From Bacteroidales bacterium (lineage in GTDB: Bacteria; Bacteroidota; Bacteroidia; Bacteroidales; UBA4181): a DNA stretch of 59,480 nt. A program made the position numbers and the translations under genes. The notes under the pieces were generated by a model. It made no database searches, had not been told where the DNA came from, and saw only the letters and a program-made list of their open reading frames with translations. The stretch is taken from the NCBI GenBank assembly GCA_031270985.1, contig JAISWR010000009.1, positions 1 to 59,480 on the forward strand. The letters run 5' to 3'. Below, piece after piece: positions 9,862-19,394 of the stretch. How positions within the stretch are numbered: the stretch's first letter is position 1; the number at the start of each line of letters is the position of its first letter.

Positions 9862-10599
9862 TTATTTACTCAGTTTTCCGCCCAAAAAGATGAATTTGTA
9901 TGCCAAGTGCAGCGTGGTAAAAAGATAGGCGTCATAATTTTTTGGTTCTGCAATGGCTATTCCATCCAGATAGTCGGACGTGCAAAGTCTTCCGCCCATC
10001 TCTATGCCCAGCGTCCAGTGACGGGACAGGTCTGTCCGTACGCCCAACCCGAACGGCAATGCGAATCCTCCTACTGGGGAACGAAGGTCAAGCGTAGGGC
10101 GTATGACGCTCTCGTCTTGACGGATAATCTCGAAATCAGGTTCGGAATACACAAAACCCATGCCTGCAAAAATATATGGTCTGGTGTTGTAATTCGCTCC
10201 GCTGACTCCGCTGCGACGGGCAAAAATATCTCCGACGGCGGGACGGAGTGTGAGAAAATTCCATTCTAACTGTCCGGACAGTTCGGCAATGGAGGCGGAA
10301 AAAGAATAGCCTCTTTCCTCGCTGTCCGTCTTTTTATCCGTACCGGCAGTTCTTCCCAAGAAAATATTAACTTTTGCCGAAAAATATTCGTTGAAGTCAT
10401 AGCGTCCGCCCGCATATATCACAGGACGGGTTTGCGATATTTGTATTTTCGGAAGGTTGTTGCCCACATCTCCGAAAATATTTACCGCGCCTACGCCGAA
10501 ATGTACTTCGTAAATTTTTTCGCGTTTATTTTGTGCTTCTGCAGAACAAACGCACACTGTTAAAAAGGCTGTTGCCAAAAAGATATTGATTCTCGTCAT
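9862..10599 (-). CDS. DUF6089-like / porin-family beta-barrel protein (paralog)
   Basis: ORF 9862..10689. ATG 10599 gives MTRINIFLATAFLTVCVCSAEAQ. The strand pattern is similar to the neighbouring gene. Confidence 0.5.
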   Translation of the reverse strand: MTRINIFLATAFLTVCVCSAEAQNKREKIYEVHFGVGAVNIFGDVGNNLPKIQISQTRPVIYAGGRYDFNEYFSAKVNIFLGRTAGTDKKTDSEERGYSFSASIAELSGQLEWNFLTLRPAVGDIFARRSGVSGANYNTRPYIFAGMGFVYSEPDFEIIRQDESVIRPTLDLRSPVGGFALPFGLGVRTDLSRHWTLGIEMGGRLCTSDYLDGIAIAEPKNYDAYLFTTLHLAYKFIFLGGKLSK

Positions 10600-10695
10600 T
10601 TGTTCAAAAAATTCAACGGGCAAAAATATGAAAAAAAGTTGAAGTATCGAAATCTTTTTGTATATTTGTCGCAAAATATCAAAATCCATCAGGTC

Positions 10696-11595
10696 ATGAA
10701 GAATTTTTTATCGCTATCGTTATTGGTTGCCGTGTTGTTGTCCGGCAATATATTCGCCCAGCAAAATCAAAATACGGTTACTTTTGCCATCGGTGCGTTT
10801 GAAGTAAGTATCCTTTCGGAAGGGCATAATTCGGGAAACGGCAATATGCTGATAGGTGCTACTCCAGAAATTTTGCAAAAATATGCGCCCGACGGGACGT
10901 TCCCTATGGCGACCAACGCCTATCTGGTGCGCACCCCCGACAAAAATATTCTGGTGGACGCCGGTTACGGCAGGAATCTGTTTGATAACCTGAAGTTGCT
11001 GAAAACAGACGCCGATCAGATACACGTCGTTTTGATTACCCACATGCACGGCGACCATATCGGCGGGATGTTGAAAGACGGCAAACCTGCTTTCCCGAAT
11101 GCCGAACTGTATTTGTCGCAAGCGGAGCATGACTACTGGACCAGCGACGATGCGATGAACAAAATAGCGGAAAATCGGCGTGGCGGCTTCCGGCAGGCTC
11201 GCGAGGTCATCAATGTGTACAAGAGCAAATTACATCTGTTTGTGTCGGGCGATTGGAACGTATCAAGCATACTGCCCGGCGTGCAGGGTATCGCCGCCTA
11301 CGGTCATACGCCCGGACACACTGCCTTTTTGCTGCACTCCGACAATTCCCGTCTGTTAATATGGGGCGACCTGACGCACGCCATGAGCGTACAGATGCCG
11401 CATCCGGAAGTGGCGCTCTCGTTTGATGTGGATCCAGCAAGAGCCGTTATTTCCCGCAAAGCCATACTGGAATATGTGGCGGAAAACAAAATTCCTATTG
11501 CAGGTATGCACATCGTGTCGCCGGGTATGGGCGACATCAAGAAAAGCGGCGATGGATATGCCTTCACACCGTTCTGTCTTTGTTTGAGCCTGTAA
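10696..11595 (+). CDS. Secreted MBL-fold metallo-hydrolase (lactonase-like)
   Basis: ATG 10696 gives MKNFLSLSLLVAVLLSGNIFAQ. The HxHxDH motif (ITHMHGDHIGG) and a later YGHTPGH are present. Confidence 0.75.
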   Translation: MKNFLSLSLLVAVLLSGNIFAQQNQNTVTFAIGAFEVSILSEGHNSGNGNMLIGATPEILQKYAPDGTFPMATNAYLVRTPDKNILVDAGYGRNLFDNLKLLKTDADQIHVVLITHMHGDHIGGMLKDGKPAFPNAELYLSQAEHDYWTSDDAMNKIAENRRGGFRQAREVINVYKSKLHLFVSGDWNVSSILPGVQGIAAYGHTPGHTAFLLHSDNSRLLIWGDLTHAMSVQMPHPEVALSFDVDPARAVISRKAILEYVAENKIPIAGMHIVSPGMGDIKKSGDGYAFTPFCLCLSL

Positions 11596-11621
11596 AAATG
11601 TCTTTTCCCGACATGGCGCAC

Positions 11622-11653
11622 AACCGTGGCAGGATTAAGGAAACCGTGGCAGG
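11622..11653. repeat. 12-bp direct repeat AACCGTGGCAGG x2, 20-bp period
   Basis: Copies at 11622-11633 and 11642-11653 in the convergent gap between the MBL hydrolase and the kinase. Confidence 0.5.
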
Positions 11654-11669
11654 TCGTCGCCGGACGGAT

Positions 11670-12812
11670 TTATACTTTGAGTATGATGCGGAACGTTGTC
11701 CCCTTGTCGGGTTCGGAATGCAGTACGAAGATACGCCCGTTATGATATTCTTCGATAATGCGTTTGGAAAGAGACAGTCCAAGCCCCCAACCTCTTGATT
11801 TTGTGGTGTAGCCCGGTTTGAATATTGCCTTGTGCTTTCGCTTGGGTATGCCTTTGCCGGTATCGGCTATGTTTACCGTTATCTGGTTTTTACCGTCTGT
11901 GAGTTCTACCGATATTTTTCCCACGCCCGACATGGCGTCCAGCGCATTTTTGCAAAGGTTTTCAATCACCCATCCGAACAGCGGTTCGCTCAGCGGCGCC
12001 ATCACAAGATGTTCCGGCTTGCGGAGACTGATATTTACCTTGTCCGACGAGCGTTTGCGCATGTAGTTCAGGCTTGCGGCAATCACTTGTCCTACGTCGG
12101 TGAGGGGTGTTGCCGGTTTCGATCCGATTTTTGAAAAACGTTCGGTGATGGCTTGCAGGCGCGATACGTCTTTTCCGAGTTCGTCTATCAGTGCGTTGCC
12201 GGACGTTTGCATTTTCAGCATCTCGGTGATTGCTAACAACGAGGAAACGGGCGTCCCCAATTGATGCGCCGTTTCTTTCGACAGCCCTACCCATACCTGA
12301 TTTTGTTCCGATCTCCGCAGTGAACTGAAAGCGAAGTAAGCCATCGCCACAAACAGCACAATGATGCCCAGTTGTATGAACGGATAATTTGACAACTGTG
12401 CAAGTGTGGACGAATCGTCGTAATAGATGTATTGTGTAAGGTTGTCTATTTCGATGGTGATGGGCAGATATTTTTGCCGCATATGCGCCAGCCGTTTTTC
12501 CACGTAAGCGGGATTCAGGGCTTTTGTAGCATCAAGGTTCAGAAAGTCAATGATGGTCATGCGCTCATCCGTCCAAATGACCGGAATGGTCGTGTTGCCT
12601 TCAATCACGCGGAAATAGAAATCCAGATTGGGGTCGTTCTTGTTGGCGTCAATGTACATACGGTATGCTTCCGCCCAGAGTTCGATTTTTTTTCTTTCTT
12701 CTTTCGACAGTTTTTTGGTAAGGAAAGTAGTGTAGAGTAAGGAGCAAAGTGCGATGGCTATGGCACATGCCAGCAAAAAAACTTTCCATTTCGATTGCAG
12801 ATAGATACTCAT
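11670..12812 (-). CDS. Sensor histidine kinase, two TM segments, no adjacent response regulator
   Basis: TM1 FLLACAIAIALCSLLY and TM2 IQLGIIVLFVAMAYFAF. H-box ETAHQLGTPVSSL, N-box ENLCKNALDA, G-boxes DTGKGIP and GWGLGLS. Confidence 0.8.
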   Translation of the reverse strand: MSIYLQSKWKVFLLACAIAIALCSLLYTTFLTKKLSKEERKKIELWAEAYRMYIDANKNDPNLDFYFRVIEGNTTIPVIWTDERMTIIDFLNLDATKALNPAYVEKRLAHMRQKYLPITIEIDNLTQYIYYDDSSTLAQLSNYPFIQLGIIVLFVAMAYFAFSSLRRSEQNQVWVGLSKETAHQLGTPVSSLLAITEMLKMQTSGNALIDELGKDVSRLQAITERFSKIGSKPATPLTDVGQVIAASLNYMRKRSSDKVNISLRKPEHLVMAPLSEPLFGWVIENLCKNALDAMSGVGKISVELTDGKNQITVNIADTGKGIPKRKHKAIFKPGYTTKSRGWGLGLSLSKRIIEEYHNGRIFVLHSEPDKGTTFRIILKV

Positions 12813-12818
12813 GGTTTG

Positions 12819-14165
12819 TCAGATATGGCAAGCGATTTTGTTGCTCATCATGGTTTGCCCGTTTGTTGCTTCCCGCCATATAGGCAAATAGGTCTTTGCA
12901 TCCCTGACAACGCATCCTGCCATACCTCCAAAACGCATCAATTCGGTACACTTGGTGCAGGCAATGCAGCATTTGTTGCGTTGCATTCCGCCATTCCGTA
13001 CGATGTCCCTTGCAAAGTCTGGATAGGCGAAAGATTGTCTTCCGAATCCCGCCATATCCATCCATTCCCGTTCGATACAGCCTGCGGCGACATTTGCTCC
13101 GTACTCCCGGAACCAGCTGAATCCCGTACCTACGATTTGGACGGCGGGTGCGGCGGATTTCAGTTCCTTGATGATGTGCAACATGCGTGCGGCAGATTCC
13201 ACGGGATGTTCGGGTGCAACGTACGGGGCTATATCGCCGGGTCTGCCGATATGCGGGTTGTAATACGGATTGCCGGTGGTGATATTAACTAACCGTATGC
13301 CTTTTATTTCCAGCAGGCGAAGCAGTTGTTTGGGTTCATCCAGTGACGGTTCGCCGTTTTCGTCGCTTCCCCAGCCGTAAGGATAAGGCATGGCGTCGTA
13401 TGCATTTATTCTCAACGAGATATCAATATCTGTGCGTGCATTTATTTTGTCAATTACGTTCAGCAGAAATCGCGTACGGTTTTCAAAACTTCCGCCATAT
13501 CTGCCTTTTCGCGTATGGGCAGCCAGCAGTTCGGAAAGCAGGTAGCGATGACAGGCTTTGACGTCCACCGCATTGAAGCCACATGCTCTGGCAAGGACGG
13601 CGGATGTTGCGTATGCGTCCTCCAGCATTTCCAGTTCATCATCGCTAATGACGGTACGTTTGGGATTCGTGAAAGCGTCCAGATAAGGGTTTTCGTCCAC
13701 GGGGACGATGGCGCTCGCACCGGCAAACGGCTTGCTGTATCTGCCCGAATGGGTCAGTTGAAGGACGGTGTACGGCACGGATCCGTTGGCGCTTTCGGAG
13801 GCTTGACGAATGTGGCGGGATAAGTTGTCAAATTCCTTGCGGGTACTGCTGTTCAGGAATATTTGACGGGGATTGGCGCGTCCCTCGTTTGTCACGGCAC
13901 ATGCTTCCATCCACAGCAATGCTGCGCCGCCGGAGGCAAAACGTCCGTAACGCCTGAAAGTAAGTTCGTCGGGTGCGCCTGCTGCGGTTCCGTCACACCC
14001 TTCCATCGGATGGACGACAAGCCGGTTGGACAACTGTTTGCCATAAAGCGTCAGGGGAAGTGTCAGCGCATCCGTGCTGTCGGACACGGGCAAATCCACA
14101 TCTGCCCGTGCGATGTCTTCTTTCAGTTCGTCCAAATGACGGTATGAGAATTTTTTGTGTTTCAT
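12819..14165 (-). CDS. OYE-family NADH:flavin oxidoreductase with Cys-rich C-terminal tail
   Basis: ORF 12819..14255, likely start ATG 14165 (MKHKKFSYRHL). HPMEGCDG and LQLTHSGRY are typical of Oxidored_FMN proteins. The C-terminus carries NKCCIACTKCTELMRFGGMAGC. Confidence 0.65.
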   Translation of the reverse strand: MKHKKFSYRHLDELKEDIARADVDLPVSDSTDALTLPLTLYGKQLSNRLVVHPMEGCDGTAAGAPDELTFRRYGRFASGGAALLWMEACAVTNEGRANPRQIFLNSSTRKEFDNLSRHIRQASESANGSVPYTVLQLTHSGRYSKPFAGASAIVPVDENPYLDAFTNPKRTVISDDELEMLEDAYATSAVLARACGFNAVDVKACHRYLLSELLAAHTRKGRYGGSFENRTRFLLNVIDKINARTDIDISLRINAYDAMPYPYGWGSDENGEPSLDEPKQLLRLLEIKGIRLVNITTGNPYYNPHIGRPGDIAPYVAPEHPVESAARMLHIIKELKSAAPAVQIVGTGFSWFREYGANVAAGCIEREWMDMAGFGRQSFAYPDFARDIVRNGGMQRNKCCIACTKCTELMRFGGMAGCVVRDAKTYLPIWREATNGQTMMSNKIACHI

Positions 14166-14202
14166 GCGCAATGGCTCTGAACCGTCTGCAACAGGCAGAT
14201 AA

Positions 14203-15216
14203 TCAATAAAAATCGTAAACGTATTTATACAATGAAGACATTTTATAGGTGGCAAAATAGGATTCTACCGCCAAATAAATGCCTTTGGCATCATAGCCGA
14301 TTTTTTTGAATGATGCTTCTTTGGATTGATGGTTTTTTTTCCACAATTCTTTTTCCAGAAAACTCGACGGATTGTATTGGTACTCATGCGAGATGAATTT
14401 TGCGCCGCTCATGTTGACGGTTTCTTCTTTTACCGGACGGTTGGCGCTGTCATAGTGATATATTTTCTGATATTCCAGCACATCGCCGCGTTTTTTGGTT
14501 TCCGAAATCAGCAGTGTGTTGTTTTTGTATTCATAGACGATAGCGTAAACAGGCTTGCCTGCGTTGTCCGTTTTGACCTCCGAAAGCAGAAGTCCTTGAG
14601 CGTTATAGATGTCTTCTTCTTTGAATATTAACTTATTGGCATTGTTGAATATCTGAATAGTGGTTTTGTTGCCGGCGTAGGTCAATTTTCTTTTTTCTAC
14701 CGGATTGTTGTCTGTGGTGTAGGATATTTCCGAGAGTTTTCCGCCTTCGTAAACGTAAGTGTTGCTGTATGAGGACATTCCGTCGAAGCCATACTCCCGT
14801 GTTTTGTTGCCTTGTGCATCGTACACGATTTTTTGGCTGTATTGCAGTTTTTCACGGTTGCCTTGGTATCGTTCGTAATTCACACGCCGGTTTTTGCTGT
14901 CGTATTGATAAGCAACCAGCGATGTTACTTTCCCCGCGGCGTTATAGTTGGTTTCTTCCGTGACGTTGCCCTGCACGTCGAATTTTTTGACGGCGGATTT
15001 GTACCCTTGTTCCAACGGTTTGTCATTCTTGTAATCGTGCGTATATTCGGTTTGCATTTTCACGTGCGCTTTTGCCATGTGTTCTCTTTCGATTTCCTTA
15101 AAATCGAATTGGGCGCTGGCTATGCCGAATCCCGCAAACATCAATACGGTGATGATAGTTGTTTTCCGTTTTTGGCAAAGGAAGCAACGAATAGAGGTGG
15201 AGTTATTCAGCATCAT
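14203..15216 (-). CDS. Exported protein built of short YD/RHS-like repeats, no toxin tip, 337 aa
   Basis: Signal peptide ...TVLMFAGFGIASAQ. Recurrent Y.YD..GN...E-type motifs: FDVQGNVTEE, YQYDSKNRRV, VYDAQGNKTRE, IYNAQGLLLSE, YHYDSANRPVKE, IGYDAKGIY. Confidence 0.5.
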   Translation of the reverse strand: MMLNNSTSIRCFLCQKRKTTIITVLMFAGFGIASAQFDFKEIEREHMAKAHVKMQTEYTHDYKNDKPLEQGYKSAVKKFDVQGNVTEETNYNAAGKVTSLVAYQYDSKNRRVNYERYQGNREKLQYSQKIVYDAQGNKTREYGFDGMSSYSNTYVYEGGKLSEISYTTDNNPVEKRKLTYAGNKTTIQIFNNANKLIFKEEDIYNAQGLLLSEVKTDNAGKPVYAIVYEYKNNTLLISETKKRGDVLEYQKIYHYDSANRPVKEETVNMSGAKFISHEYQYNPSSFLEKELWKKNHQSKEASFKKIGYDAKGIYLAVESYFATYKMSSLYKYVYDFY

Positions 15217-15225
15217 ACAATTAAC

Positions 15226-15909
15226 TTATATTTTTATATTTCTTTCTTTTAAACCGGTTACAATCAATTCGAAAATTTCTTCGACGGACAACATTTTGCC
15301 GTCTGCTCCGCATTCAATCTTCAGGAAGCCTTTTTCATCCGACAGATCTTCATACACTTTCCTCACCTGTTCCTGAAAGTTCAGGTCAGCCTCATGGATG
15401 TCCTTTTTGTCCCACAAATATTCCCGTCCGTCGCCTGTCCGTTTGCCGGTCAGGTTTCGGTGCGTAAAAGCAAAGGGAACATTCAGGTAGATGTTCAGGT
15501 CGGGTTTCGGCAAGCCGTAATAGTCAAATTCCAGATGCAGTATCCACTTGCGCAACGCCTGTCTTTCTCGCGGATCATGCAGTTTGGCACATTGATATGC
15601 CACATTGGAATACACATACCTGTCCAGCAAAATGTGCGTATCCTGCCGCAACCATTGTTCCAGATCGGATTTACAGTCAAACCTATCGCCGGCGTACATC
15701 AGCGCTACCAGATACGGGTTCACCTGTCGCATATCGCCCAGTTCTCCGCGCAGGAAACGTGCGATGAGTTCGCCATACACCGGACTGTCCGTACGGGGAA
15801 AGTGCAACAGCCGGCACGGATATTTCCGGTCAGACAAGAAATCGTGCAATTTCCGTATCTGAGTGGATTTTCCGGAACCGTCCGGCCCTTCTATCACAAT
15901 CAGCCCCAT
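15226..15909 (-). CDS. tmk: Thymidylate (dTMP) kinase
   Basis: ATG 15909 gives MGLIVIEGPDGSGKSTQ (P-loop), then LLDRYVYSN and a lid-like region. The length and pattern fit the Bacteroidales-type Tmk as I recall it. Confidence 0.7.
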   Translation of the reverse strand: MGLIVIEGPDGSGKSTQIRKLHDFLSDRKYPCRLLHFPRTDSPVYGELIARFLRGELGDMRQVNPYLVALMYAGDRFDCKSDLEQWLRQDTHILLDRYVYSNVAYQCAKLHDPRERQALRKWILHLEFDYYGLPKPDLNIYLNVPFAFTHRNLTGKRTGDGREYLWDKKDIHEADLNFQEQVRKVYEDLSDEKGFLKIECGADGKMLSVEEIFELIVTGLKERNIKI

Positions 15910-15920
15910 ACGTAAATCGT

Positions 15921-16364
15921 CTATCTTTCCTTTAATCCAAAGAACACTCCGACACACCCTTCCACAGGGGTTTCGCCTTTTCCTACGGGTATTTTTACTT
16001 TTATTTTTATCTGTTGCGAGGCTTCGGATTTGAAATCCCACTGCCGCACATTGCCGTTTTTTCTGCTGTCGAACAGAAGTATTTTGCCGTAGGCGTCAAA
16101 AACTTCAAATTCCACAGCAGGAATGGTGGGGGCTACGCACACGTACAAACGGTAAAGTTGCCCGGAGAATACGGTTTTGTATATTTCCGCTTCTTCGCCC
16201 TCTCCCATGATTGCCGCCTGATAGCTGCCGTCGTGAATGTACGGGCTCAATACGGGGATACATGAGCTTTTTACAAAAGGTTTACACTGGGCAGCCGCTT
16301 CGCATGAGAAGGCTGCAAGAAAAACCGACAACAGGAAAATAGACGGGATATATTTCATACACAT
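15921..16364 (-). CDS. Small secreted hypothetical protein (~145 aa)
   Basis: Signal peptide IPSIFLLSVFLAAFSCEAAAQ, beta-rich composition, 4 Cys. The start is either ATG 16364 (TAATG overlap with the upstream stop) or ATG 16358. Confidence 0.5.
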   Translation of the reverse strand: MCMKYIPSIFLLSVFLAAFSCEAAAQCKPFVKSSCIPVLSPYIHDGSYQAAIMGEGEEAEIYKTVFSGQLYRLYVCVAPTIPAVEFEVFDAYGKILLFDSRKNGNVRQWDFKSEASQQIKIKVKIPVGKGETPVEGCVGVFFGLKER

Positions 16365-17284
16365 TATTTTACAAAATTATGACGTATTGTTCGTATTTGC
16401 TCTTTGATGTTTTCGAATGTCTCTTTCCGAACGCTGCTCAATGCCAAAGACTCAATGACGTCGGTTTGTTCCTTTTCGTCAAAAACGACTTTGTTTTGGG
16501 ATGTGTCGGTGCTTATCTCCACGGCGTCAAAGGCTTCCACCAGACCCATCATTTCCGTCATCAGTTCGTTGATTTCGGGAATGTCTCTGTTAATTGAATC
16601 GGACATTACTTGCCACAGCATGTCGAAAGTCAATTTCTGGTCAATCACCAATCGCTCAATCTGCTTTTCGGAGGACACCAGATTTTCATTGGTTTGGCTG
16701 GAAGCGATGTACATGCCTTCAATCCAACCGCCTACCAATACTGAAATGGACAGAAAATCGCGCCCGTTTTCTTTCAGATATACCGAACAGGACGAATAAG
16801 TTTCGGCGAGAATCCGCAACATGGTTTCTTTATCGTTGATGTTTTCTTCCAGCGATTTGAGCACATTGTTGTCCACTGCCACCGACATGCCCAGTCCGTC
16901 TATCATCTGCTGGATGGCAAGTTTGTAGCGCAGCATGGTTTGCGTTTGATTAAAAAGTCCAGCATACACCAGATCGGTGACGTATATGCCGAAATTGAGC
17001 GCCATCTTGTTGCTGGTAGCATACGTGGATGCGTTCAACGGATCGTTCAACAGCGTTGAACGATATTCCACCCCCAGATTTTTTACCAGAATAGACATCT
17101 CAATAGGAGTAGGCAATGAATAAAAAACATTTCGGGCAACATTGACATAGACCGAATCTGCACCACTCAGATTGTTAACATCATCACCAGAAATGTGTTG
17201 TTGCCTGCTGCAGGTGGAGCACGAATCGAATATCATGCAAGTTCCTGTAATCAAGACAAATAGCGGAGTATAAACGTTTCGCAT
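16364..17284 (-). CDS. Hypothetical lipoprotein, predicted helical, 306 aa
   Basis: ORF 16364..17335. ATG 17284 gives MRNVYTPLFVLITGTCMIFDSCS (lipobox-like). I recognise no motif. Confidence 0.55.
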   Translation of the reverse strand: MRNVYTPLFVLITGTCMIFDSCSTCSRQQHISGDDVNNLSGADSVYVNVARNVFYSLPTPIEMSILVKNLGVEYRSTLLNDPLNASTYATSNKMALNFGIYVTDLVYAGLFNQTQTMLRYKLAIQQMIDGLGMSVAVDNNVLKSLEENINDKETMLRILAETYSSCSVYLKENGRDFLSISVLVGGWIEGMYIASSQTNENLVSSEKQIERLVIDQKLTFDMLWQVMSDSINRDIPEINELMTEMMGLVEAFDAVEISTDTSQNKVVFDEKEQTDVIESLALSSVRKETFENIKEQIRTIRHNFVK

Positions 17285-17370
17285 AATCTCATTTATATTT
17301 TTTGCAAAATAACAAAAATTTTTGCTGTTTTGCAAAAAAAATATGACGGATTGATTTTGAATATCGTTTT

Positions 17371-18066
17371 TTAAAAGAGATTTCCATGTACGTTCATCAA
17401 TGCCTCTGCTATTTTCAGGTCGGGTGGCGCGGTGATTTTGATATTTTCTTCATTGCCTGCCGTCAAGTGGATGATGTGTCCTTGTCGCTCCATCACGGAG
17501 GCATCGTCGGTGAACAACGGTGAAAAATCCTGCCGATAAGCGTCTTTGAGCGCTTTCAGGTCAAACACTTGCGGTGTTTGCACCAACCGTAAATTTTCGC
17601 GATTCACAATACGGCTACCGCTTCCGGACAGTGTTCTCACCGTATCGGTCACAGGCACTGCCGGTATGGCGTTTCCGTAACGTTGCGCATCGCGGAAACA
17701 TGCCTCAATGGTGGCTTGGCTCACCAGCGGACGAACACCGTCGTGAACGGCAACCCATCCCGTGTCGGGCAACGTTCCCAACCCGTTTTGCACGGAATGA
17801 AACCGTGTTGCACCGCCTTCCGCTACACGGTGGCGAACGGCAAATCCATGCTTTTTGCACAACTGCTCCCAAACACCGGTTTGCGCAGCAGGCAACACCA
17901 CCGTGACGGGCATTGCAGCATCGTAGCGGGAGAATGCCCGTATGGCGTACATCAATACCGGAAAACCGCACAGTTCAAGGAACTGTTTCGGCATGTCCGT
18001 CTTCATCCTGCTGCCCGAACCTCCGGCTACAATCAAAACATAACGCCCTGCTGTCATAGATTTCAT
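17371..18066 (-). CDS. ispD: 2-C-methyl-D-erythritol 4-phosphate cytidylyltransferase
   Basis: VAGGSGSRM...PKQF, VHDGVRP and QTPQVF are IspD signatures. Confidence 0.85.
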   Translation of the reverse strand: MKSMTAGRYVLIVAGGSGSRMKTDMPKQFLELCGFPVLMYAIRAFSRYDAAMPVTVVLPAAQTGVWEQLCKKHGFAVRHRVAEGGATRFHSVQNGLGTLPDTGWVAVHDGVRPLVSQATIEACFRDAQRYGNAIPAVPVTDTVRTLSGSGSRIVNRENLRLVQTPQVFDLKALKDAYRQDFSPLFTDDASVMERQGHIIHLTAGNEENIKITAPPDLKIAEALMNVHGNLF

Positions 18067-18153
18067 AATTTACTCGAAATTTTGAACAAAGAAAATCAAA
18101 AAATCAATGTTCTGGAAAATAAATTTTATCTTTGCCGCACAACATCATTGTAT

Positions 18154-19128
18154 ATGTCAGCCATTGATACCATAAAACAGCCTGTTATTAAGGAATTTGA
18201 GCAATTCGACAAACAATTTAAGCGATTGCTCAAAAGCGATGTTTTTTTGCTAAATCTCATCACCCGCTATGTATTAAAAACCAAAGGGAAACAATTACGC
18301 CCCATTTTGGTGCTGCTTTCGGCGAAAATATTCGGTGCTGTCGGTAAGAAAACTTATGCTGCCGCCTCGTTGGTGGAATTGCTGCACACCGCTTCGCTGG
18401 TGCATGACGATGTGGTGGACGAAGCCAACATGCGACGCGGATTCCTTTCTCTGCACGTCTTATGGAATTCCAAAACAGCGGTACTTTTCGGTGATTACCT
18501 GCTGGGGCGCGGATTGATGATTTCGGTGGAAAATGAAGCGTTCGACCTGCTGTACACCACATCGGTGGCAGTGAAAGAGATGAGCGAAGGGGAACTGTTG
18601 CAGTTGGAATATTCCATCAAGCAGCACATCACCCGCGATGAATATTTTGAACTGATACGCAAGAAAACCGCTTCCCTGATGGCTGCATGTACGGAAGCCG
18701 GAGCGCAGTCCGCCGGAGCAATGCCCGAAGATGTGCACAAGATGCGGCAATTCGGAATTTGTTTGGGGATGATTTTTCAAATCAGGGACGATGTGTTGGA
18801 TTATCAACCTACCGGCATCATGGGAAAACAGGCGGGCAACGACTTGAAAGAAAAAAAATTCACATTGCCGCTGATTCTCGCTTTGGAACAATCTCCGGTA
18901 ACCGAGCAAAAACGCATCCTGAAATTAATGGGCAATAATGCGTCAAATGCTGAAAAATTGAGTATCATCACCCGTTTCATCATGGAAAAAAAAGGCGTCG
19001 AAGGCTGCTATGCCGTGATGAACGAAATAGCGGGGCAAGCGGAAGAACTTCTCCGTACATTGCCGCAAAACGAAGCGACAACTGCACTGAAAAAAACGAT
19101 TGCCTACGCCACGCAACGGAAAAATTAA
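18154..19128 (+). CDS. Polyprenyl diphosphate synthase (trans-IPPS, long chain), 324 aa
   Basis: ORF 17683..19128 overlaps ispD in antisense. The real start is likely ATG 18154 (MSAIDTIKQP). First DDxxD (LVHDDVVDE) and second DDxxD (FQIRDDVLDY) are present. Confidence 0.85.
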   Translation: MSAIDTIKQPVIKEFEQFDKQFKRLLKSDVFLLNLITRYVLKTKGKQLRPILVLLSAKIFGAVGKKTYAAASLVELLHTASLVHDDVVDEANMRRGFLSLHVLWNSKTAVLFGDYLLGRGLMISVENEAFDLLYTTSVAVKEMSEGELLQLEYSIKQHITRDEYFELIRKKTASLMAACTEAGAQSAGAMPEDVHKMRQFGICLGMIFQIRDDVLDYQPTGIMGKQAGNDLKEKKFTLPLILALEQSPVTEQKRILKLMGNNASNAEKLSIITRFIMEKKGVEGCYAVMNEIAGQAEELLRTLPQNEATTALKKTIAYATQRKN

Positions 19129-19394
19129 GATTGGGCACAGATTTTCATGTATTATTTCCGCCCGAATATTTATTTGTATTTTATTGTAAATCAAAACGAT
19201 ATGACATTTTAGGAGCGACCGTATAAGGATTCTACCGCCGGATACTCTAATTTTTTTCTTACCCTATTTTATCTCTTTTTTGCAAAAAAATTTTGTATGT
19301 CAAAAACTTTTTGTACTTTCGTGTGTGCACATGGTGATGTGTCGCCTTTGCACCAAATTGATTATCAATCACTAATCTTTTAAATTATTCAAAC

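Noticed and set aside
14259-14272. 14-mer AGGATTCTACCGCC shared with 19226..19239
   Set aside because: A single shared 14-mer is expected by chance in 59 kb on two strands. The flanks do not match.
15226-15909. The nucleotide kinase as a possible phage-defence or phage-derived dNMP kinase
   Set aside because: The sequence looks like the ordinary Bacteroidales-type Tmk (P-loop, DRY-like motif, lid). No second tmk is visible in the window to suggest this one is accessory.
17683-18153. N-terminal 157-codon extension of the polyprenyl synthase ORF
   Set aside because: The extension is antisense to ispD and has a biased composition. The conserved protein begins at ATG 18154.
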